From NCBI GenBank assembly GCA_032718475.1, contig JAUCBJ010003183.1, positions 1 to 39,245 of the forward strand: 39,245 nt of DNA, written 5' to 3'. The first letter of the stretch is position 1. Each line of letters opens with the position of its first letter. This stretch comes from Nemertoderma westbladi (Eukaryota; Animalia; Xenacoelomorpha). The notes under the pieces were generated by a model that ran no database searches, had not been told where the DNA came from, and saw only the letters and a program-made list of their open reading frames with translations. Positions 1 to 13,999 of the stretch are shown in pieces. The position numbers were made by a program, and so were the translations under genes.

Positions 1-43
1 ACTATTTTCTACTTTATCACTATTTTTGCCTGTCTACTCACCC

Positions 44-232
44 CGCCAGGATTCTGCTATCCGGTAGGTTCGCCCCTAAACCCCCAGGTTTCTCGGGCCA
101 GGGCCGACCTGGGGCCCTTCCGGGAGGGTTGTTCTGGCTCTGGTGCCGTTCTCTGGGGGCCGTCAGCACACCTGTCTCACCACGGGGGGAGACCCCGGTT
201 ATACTGTCTGAAGAACCCAACGGAGAAGGCTA
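44..232 (+). mobile_element. GC-rich fragment resembling a non-LTR (RTE-type) 5' UTR
   Basis: Sharp GC island in an AT-rich background. The resemblance to RTE leaders is from recall only and was not searched. Confidence 0.3.
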
Positions 233-803
233 CAAAGTAAAAATATTAATCAGTAATCAGATATTCATAAAATACATGTGGGTCAAACTCACTAAAAGTG
301 GCCAAACTTAAGATCTGATTTTCGTCAAAATTTTTTCTTTCAAAACCTATAAACATATATATCACTCGAAAACCTCTTTTTAAGGAGAATTCGATGAGCA
401 CGGTGGTCAGCTATTAAAATTTACTTCACTAATTCTACTTGGGTTTTAATTAAGTCCCCCCCCCCCCCTGTAATGCCATTTTCGTATAGTAATAGTATAG
501 AGCATTACAGGGGGGACGCATTCCGGGGAGGGGGGGGGGGGGGGGGGCTACATATTTTATAAGGTGAGTAAAAGCATCCCTCCCAGGGGGGGGGGGGGGG
601 GGGACGCATTACAGGGGGGACATTTCCTGCTTGTCTTTTGTCTCTTATTTCAATAAACTTCATATATTTTATCCCTGATATCCCTGACATCCATCGGTAA
701 AAGTGATACAGCCAAAAAAGGTGTCTCGCCGGATCTCTGCTCCGTCAAGAATACAACCAGTTACACTGCAGTTATTCTTCAACCTTATCTGCTTACTGCT
801 TAC

Positions 804-854
804 AGTGTTTTGTTGGTACTGCGCTGTTGTAGTGTTGCCTGGTTGCTGTACTAC
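804..854 (-). CDS. Candidate CK1gamma C-terminal tail exon (VVQQPGNTTTAQYQQNT)
   Basis: Good acceptor ttgtttgttcag| and donor ACT|gtaagc; 51 nt, phase 0/0, compatible with the exon ending GKPM. The Q/T-rich sequence has no diagnostic motif. It could instead read on to the stop at 669. Confidence 0.4.
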
Positions 855-1538
855 CTGAACAAACAATCTGAATTTCATTGATAAATTAACTGAAATAACT
901 GGTTGGGCAGTCGGGGAGAGTTCTATTATCGACTGAATTGAAATTTCAATTTTATTTTTTAAAATTAAACTTTTTATTAAAATTCAACTTTTGGAGTAGG
1001 CTACTGCTGTACCTGGTACCGGTCAGCCGGTAGGATTTAAAATTCAACTTTTTTATAAATGAAAATTAAATTGGAGTACCGGTACCGTTGAGTGTTGACC
1101 GTAGGTTTGGAAATAGGCCTACTGAAATATGGAGATGAATCCATTACTGGCAGACTGGTACCGGTATGCAATTGTATAATACAGTAATAATTGCGACATT
1201 CAGATAATCAGACATAGGCCTACAGGTACAGCGGTAATTTAAGAGGCAGATGAGATACCTAGGTCAAATAAATACCAGCAGTACCGGTACCTTACCTAAT
1301 TCAGTATTTACCGGTACTGATTTAAGCTAATTTCAAATTTCCAAATATCAGAATAGGCCTAGCCTATACCTGTATACTGCTATAGGCTGATAGGCTGATA
1401 GGCCCAATCTCTGTCTCTTAAAATGTTAAAAAAAAGTTGGTCTAACTGCCTAATCCACACAGCAACGACTGTGGTGGATGACTGGTAGGCCTACAAGAAA
1501 TTTTATAAACCTAGTCTGCTACCGGTAGTTAAGCTGTT

Positions 1539-1783
1539 GGTTATCGTTCATACTGTCATATGAGTACCGACCTGACCGATGGTGTTACAGTGGTGGTGTT
1601 TTCTAACCAAAACAATAAACTAATCTCCATTACTTAATTAACGGAAAGGAGCACTGGAGCAGGTTACAGTGGTGGGCTTTTCTAACCAAAACAATAAACA
1701 TTATCTCAATAACATAGGGTATTTCATACTTATATCTATATCATATCATATCGGTCAGGTCGGTACGGATATGAACTATAACT
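1539..1783. mobile_element. MITE with 8-9-bp TSD upstream of Scm
   Basis: Inverted ends GGTTATCGTTCATA..GTACCGACCTGACCGAT / ATCGGTCAGGTCGGTACGGATATGAACTATAACT; TSD (T)AAGCTGTT at 1531-1538 and 1784-1791; an internal direct duplication of about 50 bp. Confidence 0.75.
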
Positions 1784-2165
1784 AAGCTGTTAGATAGGCC
1801 TGTAGGCATACACAGCTGCACAGATTCACATACTCTTGTCCCTAGAGAGCTGCATACATCAGTACGGTCAACAGTCAACGGTACATATTTGTATTTATAC
1901 GTTATTTACGTTATTTAAATTCATATAGGGAGGGCCTATGCATGCATGCATGCATGCAGATCTGCAGATAGACGTAAACATTTCATCAGATGTATGGAAA
2001 TAAGACGAGGATGAATTTCGAATCATAGCAGCATAGTCAATAAATACTGAACAATTTACTTCATACTTAATTGATGATACCGGTAGCAGTGAGCTAATGT
2101 TCTGGGTATTAACTGACTGAACTTGAACTGGTACTCGATTGTCCGAGGAGTGGGTTCCTGATTAG

Positions 2166-4337
<2,172 letters not shown>

Positions 4338-4463
4338 TATGGTTACAGGTTAGAACGTACACTGGTTGAAACTTACCCCGATATTGGGTACGTTTTTGTT
4401 CGGGTAAGTTTCAACCGGGGTATGTTTTCACTTGTTCTCCAGTGAAATGTTATTATTTATGCT

Positions 4464-4938
4464 GCAGTGGTACTTGGTGCTGCGACACTATCCTGTAATG
4501 CGTGGCACTGGTGCTGCCACACTATCCTGTAATGCTGTGGCACCTGGTGCTGCCACACTATCCTGTAATGCAGTGGCACCTGGTGCTGCCACACTATCCT
4601 GTAATGCTGTGGCACCTGGTGCTGCCACACTATCCTGTAATGCTGTGGCACCTGGTGCTGCCACACTATCCTGTAATGCAGTGGCACCTGGTGCTGCCAC
4701 ACTATCCTGTAATGCTGTGGCACCTGGTGCTGCCACACTATCCTGTAATGCTGTGGCACCTGGTGCTGCCACACTATCCTGTAATGCTGTGGCACCTGGT
4801 GCTGCCACACTATCCTGTAATGCTGTGGCACCTGGTCTGCCACAATATCCTGTAATGCTGTGGCACCTTGTCTGCCACACTATCCTGCGATGCTGTGGCA
4901 CCTGGTGCTGCCACACTAGCCTGTAATGCAGTGGCATC
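4464..4938. repeat. 36-bp minisatellite (about 13 units) downstream of the Scm stop codon
   Basis: Unit GTGGCACCTGGTGCTGCCACACTATCCTGTAATGC(T/A), with internal dyads GCACC-T-GGTGC and GTGGCA...TGCCAC; end units are degenerate. Confidence 0.92.
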
Positions 4939-5310
4939 TTGAAATTAAACTCTAATGACATTCTATTCAATGTTTTAAATGTTAAATTTTTATTTATTCC
5001 TGTTGGGGCAAATTGCAGTTCGGTTATATTTTAGAGATTTAGTGAATATTTTAGTGAATTTATTTATAATTATTCGGAGGGATATAATGTATTGTCGTTC
5101 ACAATAGGCTACTTATATATTTCACTGTGCTATAATAATTGTTTTCCTAGACATTCTAGCTAGTCCCCGTAGTTTTAGGTCCATATATATTTATTTATTG
5201 TACCAGATATTTTTGGGGTATTTAATGTTACCATTTTCCATTGCTTACCTTTCCCGCAGAATAGTGGCTTTGTATATTTATATATTACGTATATACGGAT
5301 TTAACACGAA

Positions 5311-5809
5311 GTGGGGACTTCGCGCAGCACGAAGTTGGCAGAGCCTTAGCGAATTGACACTGTTAGGGGGTAGGTCAATTTATGCAAATAGTCACGTTGG
5401 CCCTCTAGCGGCAGACTGGAGAACTGCAGATGGATTCGCCTCCCTTGAAAGTCACAGCTAATGGTCTAATACATATCTGCCAAGTTTCAGCTTAAACGGA
5501 TTAAAAGCAAAGAAATGGGAGGGCATTTAATGTTTAGACATGTGGCCCTCTAGCGGGAGACCATTGCACTGATGGTGTCTGAAAGTCTCTCAAAAATCTC
5601 AACTTTTGCTCATATTGATACCTACAAATTTTCAACTTGGCAGCTTTAAATCCGACAAAGTTATTAGCATGTCAAAATCGTAACGACGACGACAACGACG
5701 ACGACGACAACGACGACGACGACGACGACGACAACTATTTGCATAAATTGACCCACCCCCTAACAGTGTCAATTCGCTAAGGCTCCGCCAACTTCGTGGC
5801 TCGCCCCAC
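5311..5809. mobile_element. Inverted-repeat element with an internal (GAC/AAC)n microsatellite
   Basis: Inverted repeats of about 60 bp at 5328-5392 and 5734-5798; microsatellite at 5682-5733. Similar start and end motifs recur at about 25460-25742. Confidence 0.7.
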
Positions 5810-6467
5810 AATGGTATATAATATAACTATGTGTTGTATATATATATATATATATCGTTGCTTTATTGTTTATATATCATGTTAAAATTGCTAATTTATG
5901 TTACACACGAGATATTTGGATTATTATTATTTTCCGACGTTATTATAAAATACAGTTATGACAATAATAATGACTGATTAACTATTATATTTGGAAGACA
6001 TCTGTTATAAATATAAACTTATTTATTATACAAGATTATTTACAGGGATCGCGTTTATTATAATCACACCGTCAGTTCCTTTACATTTCTGTGGGTCTAA
6101 CTTTCTCTTTACTCCTAAATGCTGACGGTATCCCCACCCAGTCACCCCCACACCATAATACTGTACTTAATATATGCCCGGGATATTTTATCTATCGAGC
6201 GTAGCGAGGTCAATAAGAATCGATAGCAGTTAAATACCATATCCACGTTTTTTAGCATGAAATCTTTATAATTTATAAATAGAACATTATTTCTACGACA
6301 TTATTATCTTAGTAATATTAACAAAGTGCGAAAGGCATTTAGAATATTTCAAAATAATATCTGGTAAAAACAGACTGGGACATTTAAATGATATGTTGCG
6401 TATTCTCTAATAATAAACTTAATATTGATTCAACCATACTTGGTATGATACAGTAGAAAGCACCCAC

Positions 6468-6594
6468 CATTGGTTTCCCTGTCCAATCGAACTGGGAGTC
6501 GTCTCTATAGGCTCGTCTCTCGTAGAGATCCTGAAACAGTTTCCGTATGTAGTCGTAATCCGGTGTCTCAAAGAAATCTAACCTTCTGACATAT
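6468..6594 (-). CDS. CSNK1G: Casein kinase 1 gamma, exon ending the kinase domain
   Basis: Bounded by taccacag| and |gtgggt, 127 nt. Encodes (R)[42 protein letters not shown] and completes the AG|A Arg codon begun in the previous exon across a roughly 19.2-kb intron. Confidence 0.94.
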
Positions 6595-6599
6595 CTGTG

Positions 6600-9500
6600 G
6601 TAAACAAGTGAGGGTGGAGATAGATGTAAACAAGTAGAGGGTGGTGATAGATAAAAAGGTAGAGGGTGGAGTTGGAGTTAGATGTAAACAAGTAGAGGGT
6701 GGAGATAGATGTAAACAAGTAGAGAGAGGAGTTAGATGTAAACAAGTTGAGAGTGTAGTTAGATGCAAACAAGTAGAGGGTGGAGTTGGATGTAAACAAG
6801 TAGAGAGTGGAGATAGATGTAAACAAGTAGAGGGTGGAGTTAGATGTAAACAAGTAGAGGGTGGAGTTAGATGTAAACAAGTAGAGGGTGGAGTTAAATG
6901 TAAACAAGTAGAGGGTGGAGATAGATGTAAACAAGTAGAGAGAGGAGTTAGATGTAAACAAGTTGAGAGTGTAGTTAGATGCAAACAAGTAGAGGGTGGA
7001 GTTAGATGTAAACAAGTAGAGGGTGGAGATAGATGTAAACAAGTAGAGAGAGGAGTTAGATGTAAACAAGTTGAGAGTGTAGTTAGATGCAAACAAGTAG
7101 AGGGTGGAGTTGGATGTAAACAAGTAGAGGGTGGAGTTAGATGTAAACAAGTAGAGGGTGGAGTTAGATGTAAACAAGTAGAGGGTGGAGTTAGATGTAA
7201 ACAAGTAGAGGGTGGAGTTAGATGTAAACAAGTAGAGAGAGGAGTTAGATGTAAACAAGTTGAGAGTGTAGTTAGATGCAAACAAGTAGAGGGTGGAGTT
7301 GGATGTAAACAAGTAGAGGGTGGAGTTAGATGTAAACAAGTAGAGGGTGGAGTTAGATGTAAACAAGTAGAGGGTGGAGTTAGATGTAAACAAGTAGAGG
7401 GTGGAGTTAGATGTAAACAAGTAGAGGGTGGAGATAGATGTAAACAAGTAGAGGGTGGAGTTAGATGTAAACAAGTAGAGAGAGGAGTTAGATGTAAACA
7501 AGTTGAGAGTGTAGTTAGATGCAAACAAGTAGAGGGTGGAGTTGGATGTAAACAAGTAGAGGGTGGAGTTAGATGTAAACAAGTAGAGGGTGGAGTTAGA
7601 TGTAAACAAGTAGAAGGTGGAGTTGGATGTAAACAAGTAGAGAGAGGAGTTAGATGTAAACAAGTTGAGAGTGTAGTTAGATGCAAACAAGTAGAGGGTG
7701 GAGTTGGATGTAAAAAAGTAGAGGGTGGAGTTAGATGTAAACAAGTAGAGGGTGGAGATAGATGTAAACAAGTAGAGGGTGGAGATAGATGTAAACAAGT
7801 AGATGGTGGAGTTAGATGTAAACAAGTAGAGGGTGGAGATAGATGTAAACAAGTAGAGGGTGGAGTTAGATGTAAACAAGTAGAGGGTGGAGATAGATGT
7901 AAACAAGTAGAGGGTGGAGATAGATGTAAACAAGTAGAGGGTGGAGATAGATGTAAACAAGTAGAGGGTGGAGATAGATGTAAACAAGTAGAGGGTGGAG
8001 TTAGATGTAAACAAGTAGAGGGTGGAGATAGATGTAAACAAGTAGAGGGTGGAGATAGATGTAAACAAGTAGAGGGTGGAGATAGATGTAAACAAGTAGA
8101 GGGTGGAGTTAGATGTAAACAAGTAGAGGGTGGAGATAGATGTAAACAAGTAGAGGGTGGAGTTAGATGTAAACAAGTAGAGGGTGGAGATAGATGTAAA
8201 CAAGTAGAGGGTGGAGATAGATGTAAACAAGTAGAGGGTGGAGATAGATGTAAACAAGTAGAGAGTGGAGTTAGATGTAAACAAGTAGAGGGTGGAGATA
8301 GATGTAAACAAGTAGAGGGTGGAGATAGATGTAAACAAGTAGAGGGTGGAGATAGATGTAAACAAGTAGAGGGTGGAGTTAGATGTAAACAAGTGGAGGG
8401 AGGGTGGAGTTAGATGTAAACAAGTGGAGGGTGGAGTTGGATGTAAACAAGTAGAGGGTGGAGATAGATGTAAACAAGTAGAGGGTGGAGTTAGATGTAA
8501 ACAAGTAGAGGGTGGAGTTAGATGTAAACAAGTAGAGGGTGGAGATAGATGTAAACAAGTAGAGGGTGGAGATAGATGTAAACAAGTAGAGGGTGGAGAT
8601 AGATGTAAACAAGTAGAGGGTGGAGATAGATGTAAACAAGTAGAGGGTGGAGATAGATGTAAACAAGTAGAGGGTGGAGTTAGATGTAAACAAGTAGAGG
8701 GTGGAGATAGATGTAAACAAGTAGAGGGTGGAGATAGATGTAAACAAGTAGAGGGTGGAGTTAGATGTAAACAAGTAGAGGGTGGAGATAGATGTAAACA
8801 AGTAGAGGGTGGAGTTGGATGTAAACAAGTAGAGGGTGGAGATAGATGTAAACAAGTAGAGGGTGGAGTTGGATGTAAACAAGTAGAGGGTGGAGATAGA
8901 TGTAAACAAGTAGAGGGTGGAGATAGATGTAAACAAGTAGAGGGTGGAGATAGATGTAAACAAGTAGAGGGTGGAGTTAGATGTAAACAAGTGGAGGGAG
9001 GGTGGAGTTAGATGTAAACAAGTGGAGGGTGGAGTTAGATGTAAACAAGTAGAGGGTGGAGATAGATGTAAACAAGTAGAGGGTGGAGATAGATGTAAAC
9101 AAGTAGAGGGTGGAGATAGATGTAAACAAGTAGAGGGTGGAGATAGATGTAAACAAGTAGAGGGTGGAGTTAGATGTAAACAAGTGGAGGGAGGGTGGAG
9201 TTAGATGTAAACAAGTGGAGGGTGGAGTTGGATGTAAACAAGTAGAGGGTGGAGATAGATGTAAACAAGTAGATGGTGGAGTTAGATGTAAACAAGTAGA
9301 GGGTGGAGTTAAATGTAAACAAGTAGAGGGTGGAGATAGATGTAAACAAGTAGAGAGTGGAGTTAATGGAAACAAGTACAGGGTGGAGTTAGATGTAAAC
9401 AAGTAGAGGGTGGAGTTAGATGTAAACAAATAGAGAGTGGAGTTAGATGTAAACAAGTAGAGGGTGGAGTTAGATGTAAACAAATAGAGAGTGGAGTTAG

Positions 9501-10900
9501 ATGTAAACAAGTAGAGGGTGGAGTTAATGGAAACAAGTACAGGGTGGAGTTAGATGTAAACAAGTAGAGGGTGGAGTTAGATGTAAACAAATAGAGAGTG
9601 GAGTTAGATGTAAACAAGTGGAGGGTGGAGTTAGATGTAAACAAATAGAGAGTGGAGTTAGATGTAAACAAGTAGAGGGTGGAGTTAAATGTAAACAAGT
9701 AGAGAGTGGAGTTAAATGTAAACAAGTAGAGGGTTGAGTTAGATGTAAACAAGTAGAGAGTGGAGTTACATGTAAACAAGTAGAGGGTGGAGTTAAATGT
9801 AAACAAGTAGAGAGTGGAGTTAAATGGAAACAAGTAGAGCGTGGAGTTAGATGTAAACAAGTAGAGAGAGGAGTTAAATGTAAACAAGTAGAGGGTGGAG
9901 TTAGATGGAAACAAGTAGAGGGTGGAGTTAGATGGAAACAAGTAGAGCGTGGAGTTAGATGGAAACAAGTAGAGGGTGGAGTTAAATGTAAACAAGTAGA
10001 GGATGGAGTTAGATGTAAACAAGTAGAGGGTGGAGTTACATGTAAACAAGTAGAGGGTGGAGTTAGATGTAAACAAGTAGAGGGTGGAGATAGATGGAAA
10101 CAAGTAGAGGGTGGAGTTAGATGGAAACAAGTAGAGCGTGGAGTTACATGTAAACAAGTAGAGGGTGGAGTTAGATGTAAACAAGTAGAGGGTGGAGATA
10201 GATGTAAACAAGTAGAGGGTGGAGTTACATGTAAACAAGTAGAGGGTGGAGTTAGATGTAAACAAGTAGAGGGTGGAGATAGATGTAAACAAGTAGAGGG
10301 TGGAGTTAGATGGAAACAAGTAGAGGGTGGAGTTAGATGGAAACAAGTAGAGCGTGGAGTTACATGTAAACAAGTAGAGGGTGGAGTTAGATGTAAACAA
10401 GTAGAGGGTGGAGATAGATGTAAACAAGTAGAGGGTGGAGTTACATGTAAACAAGTAGAGGGTGGAGTTAGATGTAAACAAGTAGAGGGTGGAGATAGAT
10501 GTAAACAAGTAGAGGGTGGAGTTAGATGTAAACAAGTAGAGGGTGGAGATAGATGTAAACAAGTAGAGGGTGGAGTTACATGTAAACAAGTAGAGGGTGG
10601 AGTTACATGTAAACAAGTAGAGGGTGGAGTTAGATGTAAACAAGTAGAGGGTAGAGATAGATGTAAACAAGTAGAGGGTGGAGTTACATATAAACAAGTA
10701 GAGGGTGGAGTTAGATGTAAACAAGTACAGCGTGGAGTTAGATGTAAACAAGTACAGCGTGGAGATAGATGTAAACAAGTAGAGGGTGGAGTTAGATGTA
10801 AACAAGTAGAGGGTGGAGTTAGATGTAAACAAGTAGAGGGTGGAGTTGGATGTAAACAAGTAGAGGGTTGAGTTAGATGTAAACAAGTAGAGAGTGGAGG
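6600..10900. repeat. 27-bp minisatellite (about 160 units) abutting a CK1gamma 3' splice site
   Basis: Plus-strand unit AAGTAGAGGGTGGAG(T/A)TAGATGTAAAC. On the minus strand it ends ...ctccaccctcacttgtttaccacag|exon. Confidence 0.95.
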
Positions 10901-11830
10901 GAGTTCAACAGACTTTTTTATCCAAGGCCTAGCTTTTTTGCGAAATGTTTACGAGCTGTACAAATATTTCCTCAAAATGATAATGTTAATGGAATTAGGC
11001 GTGACAACAGCGCCTTTAAATTTATTTTATGCTAAAGCTAATATAATAATTAATTACATGATTAATTTTAATTAAATTTAGGAAATCACCCACCCCCTCT
11101 CGTGAACCTTTTTTTAATGGCTATTAAGTAGGGTTCAGGTTAATCGACTGTAGGTCAAATAGCCTTACAAAAATTGAAAATTTATTGCTCCCCCCTAGCG
11201 GCTGGCGGGGAATTAAAGATTTCACTAAAAATTATATTCAATTTGGCTCGAAATTTCTTGAAACCAAGTTTTTTGGCCACCGATTCTATAAAAATTATTT
11301 AATATAATTTTTAATTAATTAAGTATAACTTTTTAATTAAAACACCTAATTACACACAATGTAAATATTTATCAAAATTACACAAAATTACTTTAAAAAA
11401 CTGCAGAAACCGTTTCGAATGAAGAAACATAAAAGGAATTGGTTGAAAAATGAGATGATCAGTAATTTGAAAATTAATTTTGACATATTTGCCTTTAAAG
11501 TTAAAATCTTTCCGCGCAAAACTGTCTTTTTTGGGTGTTTGTCTGGCACGAAGGATGCACTACTACCGTGGTAAAATTTTCATTAAGGGTTTTTTGCGGG
11601 GTCTGTGATATCATTTCTGATATCAGTTTAAATATTTGGTGGAATCTAGTCTGTCTGTCTGTCTGTCTTACAACTAGACTGACAGAACAGAGAACTAAAA
11701 TAAATCTCGCTAGGTGGTTTTCATATTGAAATCCTCTATAAATTCTGCTCTATGTGAAAAAGGAGGTAGAATCCCCACCCCCACCATCCCACCCCCCATC
11801 CCATTCATCTTAATCAGAATCCAATTATTA

Positions 11831-13999
11831 CTACTACTAGGTCGAGCGAACTCGGACAATGGAAATGAGATCCTTCCAGGCTTCCCGATTCTCCATAGTT
11901 GTCGGAATTTCGTTTCTCCCAAGTTCAGTACCCCTTTCAAGTTGATCTATATATGTTATGGCCGGTCGTCCACGACTACGCTTTCCATGAGTTGGTTGCC
12001 AGAGAAGTAGATCTGGTATGACCTCGTCTTTACTTCGCCAGCAGTGCCCACTGAATCTTAATCTGCGTTCACGGAGGGTGGTTGATACAGGTGGTATTGT
12101 ACCATAAAGCTCGGCGTTTGTCATGTGTTGTCTCCAGCTGATGTTTAGGGCTGCCCTTAGTAGTCTTGTGTAGCAACCATCAATTCGTTGTTCAAGTGAT
12201 TTAGTCAGTGTCCAGGTCTCACCCCCATATAAAAATACACTTTCCACTGTGGCTCGAAAGAACTTAGTCTTCAGGTGCCTGGAGAGATCTGATTTCCAGA
12301 TGGTATCCATTTTTGATAGAGCTACCCAAGCCTTTGCTTTCCTAACTTCTATGTCCTTTTTGCTACTCTCTATCCATGATCCAAGGTACTGGAAGTCATC
12401 GACCTTCCTTAGGTGATTATTATCAATGGTTGTCAAGATTCCATCAACATTAAAGGTGATGAATTCGGTCTTTGTAGCATTTATATGCAATCCAACCTCC
12501 TTAGCAGCCCTCTCCACTTTATTTAGTAGAAGCTGTGCATCTGCTAGCGTATTAGAGAGCAGGGCGATGTCATCCGCAAAGTCGGTGTCTGTGACTGTAG
12601 TTGCCGGATATCTACTACTTCTGCGTTCTTGAAGTGTGAATCCCAGATCTTCACCCTTTGTGGCCGTCCTCATTGCGTAATCCAGCACAATTACAAATAG
12701 TAATGGTGCTAATGTGTCACCTTGCAGTACGCCAGCCAGGATTGAGAAAAACTCAGTTTCACCATCTGGTGAGAGTACCTGCGCTTCTGTGTCACAATAT
12801 AGCAATCCAATGCCAGCAACAATTACTTCTGGTATTCCATAAGCTCTTAGGATTTCAAGCATTTTACCTCTATGGATGGAGTCGAATGCCTTCTTGAAGT
12901 CCACAAAAGTCATGACTGCGGGGAGATTCTTTGACTTGATTCCTTCAATCAGTCTCCGTAGTGCAAGTATCTGAGCTATTGTTGATCTACTTGGTCGAAA
13001 TCCGTTTTGGCTCTTACGCAGTAGTTTCTCTATGTGAGGCCTAATCCTATATAGAATCAATTTATTGTATATTTTGGCAGCTACCACAAGCAGACAGATC
13101 CCACGATAGTTTGTTGGTATGCCGAGGTCTCCTTTCTTGGGGAGAGGCTTTAGTTGACCTTTAGTCCAAATTGGTGGTGGCTTTTCCCCTTTTAACATCC
13201 GGTTGCAAACATTCAATAATGGTCTATTTAGCACTCCGGTTTTCCATACCTCCGCTGGGATTTCATCTAATCCTCTCGCTTTATTATTGGACATGCTTTT
13301 AATGCTTCTTTGGAGTTCGGCAGGTGTGAAGTCCCCTGTTTCTATAGGTAGTGTCTTGTCATATATTTTCCTTGTAGGGCTGACCTGGATGTTTGGTGGC
13401 TGCCCAAGCAAGTTGCTGAAGTGATTTTTCCACTTCCCAACACGTTCTTCAGGACTATCGGCTTTGAGGCGCCCCTTTGCACAACTTTTCCGACCAGATA
13501 CCTCATTTACAGTTTGCCAGGTAAGTCTTGATTGTTGCTGTATGTGAGCAGTTGTAATTGCTTCAGTTTTATCCTGTATGTACTTTTCCTGGCTGATGTT
13601 GTAGGCCAATTTAAGATCGTCCTTAGCTTTCTCAACCTTGTTAATGTTTTCGGTTGTTGGTTGTTCGGTTTTAACTTTGTAGGCTATCTTAAGATCTTCT
13701 CTCTTACAAGTAACCTCAGAGTTTTGCCATGGCACATACTGTTTTCGTTTAGGTTTCTGGGGGATATGCCTCTTAGCTGATTCCTTGTGGGCTGTTATTA
13801 TATTCTGGTATATTGAATCGGTGGATTGGTCTTCATCCATTGACTGAAGTGCTTCAAAGCGGTTTTGAACTTCTACTGTATAAGCATCCTTTACAGCATT
13901 GTCAGTTCTGAGTTTCTCCCAGTCATAGTTGATTTGCTTGCTTGTCCTGGGTTTGCTGGCTCTCAAACTGAGTCTGATCTCTGCAGTCACAATTCAATT
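11831..13999 (-). mobile_element. 5'-truncated RTE-type non-LTR retrotransposon with an uninterrupted RT ORF (11837-13990)
   Basis: RT motifs QNGFR, FVDFKKAFDSI, GVLQGDTLAP, FADD and YLGS. The stop runs directly into a (TAG/TAA)n tail. A 12-bp TSD ATCCAATTATTA lies at 11819-11830 and 14000-14011. The APE domain is lost to the truncation. Confidence 0.9.

Noticed and set aside
455-620. Poly-G/poly-C tracts and the polyproline ORF at 505-690
   Set aside because: Homopolymer tracts recur throughout the window and are length-error prone; there is no coding evidence.
4432-4970. Palindromic 36-bp repeats resembling a CRISPR array, and their repetitive ORFs
   Set aside because: The linkers are identical rather than unique spacers, there are no cas genes, the context is eukaryotic, and the ORFs are open only because the unit length is a multiple of 3.
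6027-6160. Possible alternative last CK1gamma exon (YYGVGVTGWG...)
   Set aside because: The acceptor lacks a pyrimidine tract and the peptide has no CK1gamma tail features.
6568-10886. Long ORFs of up to 604 aa on both strands (KQVEGGVRC / LFTSNSTLY repeats)
   Set aside because: They are by-products of a 27-bp unit that lacks stops in several frames. Frames are broken by 4-bp indels, and the region is intronic to CK1gamma.
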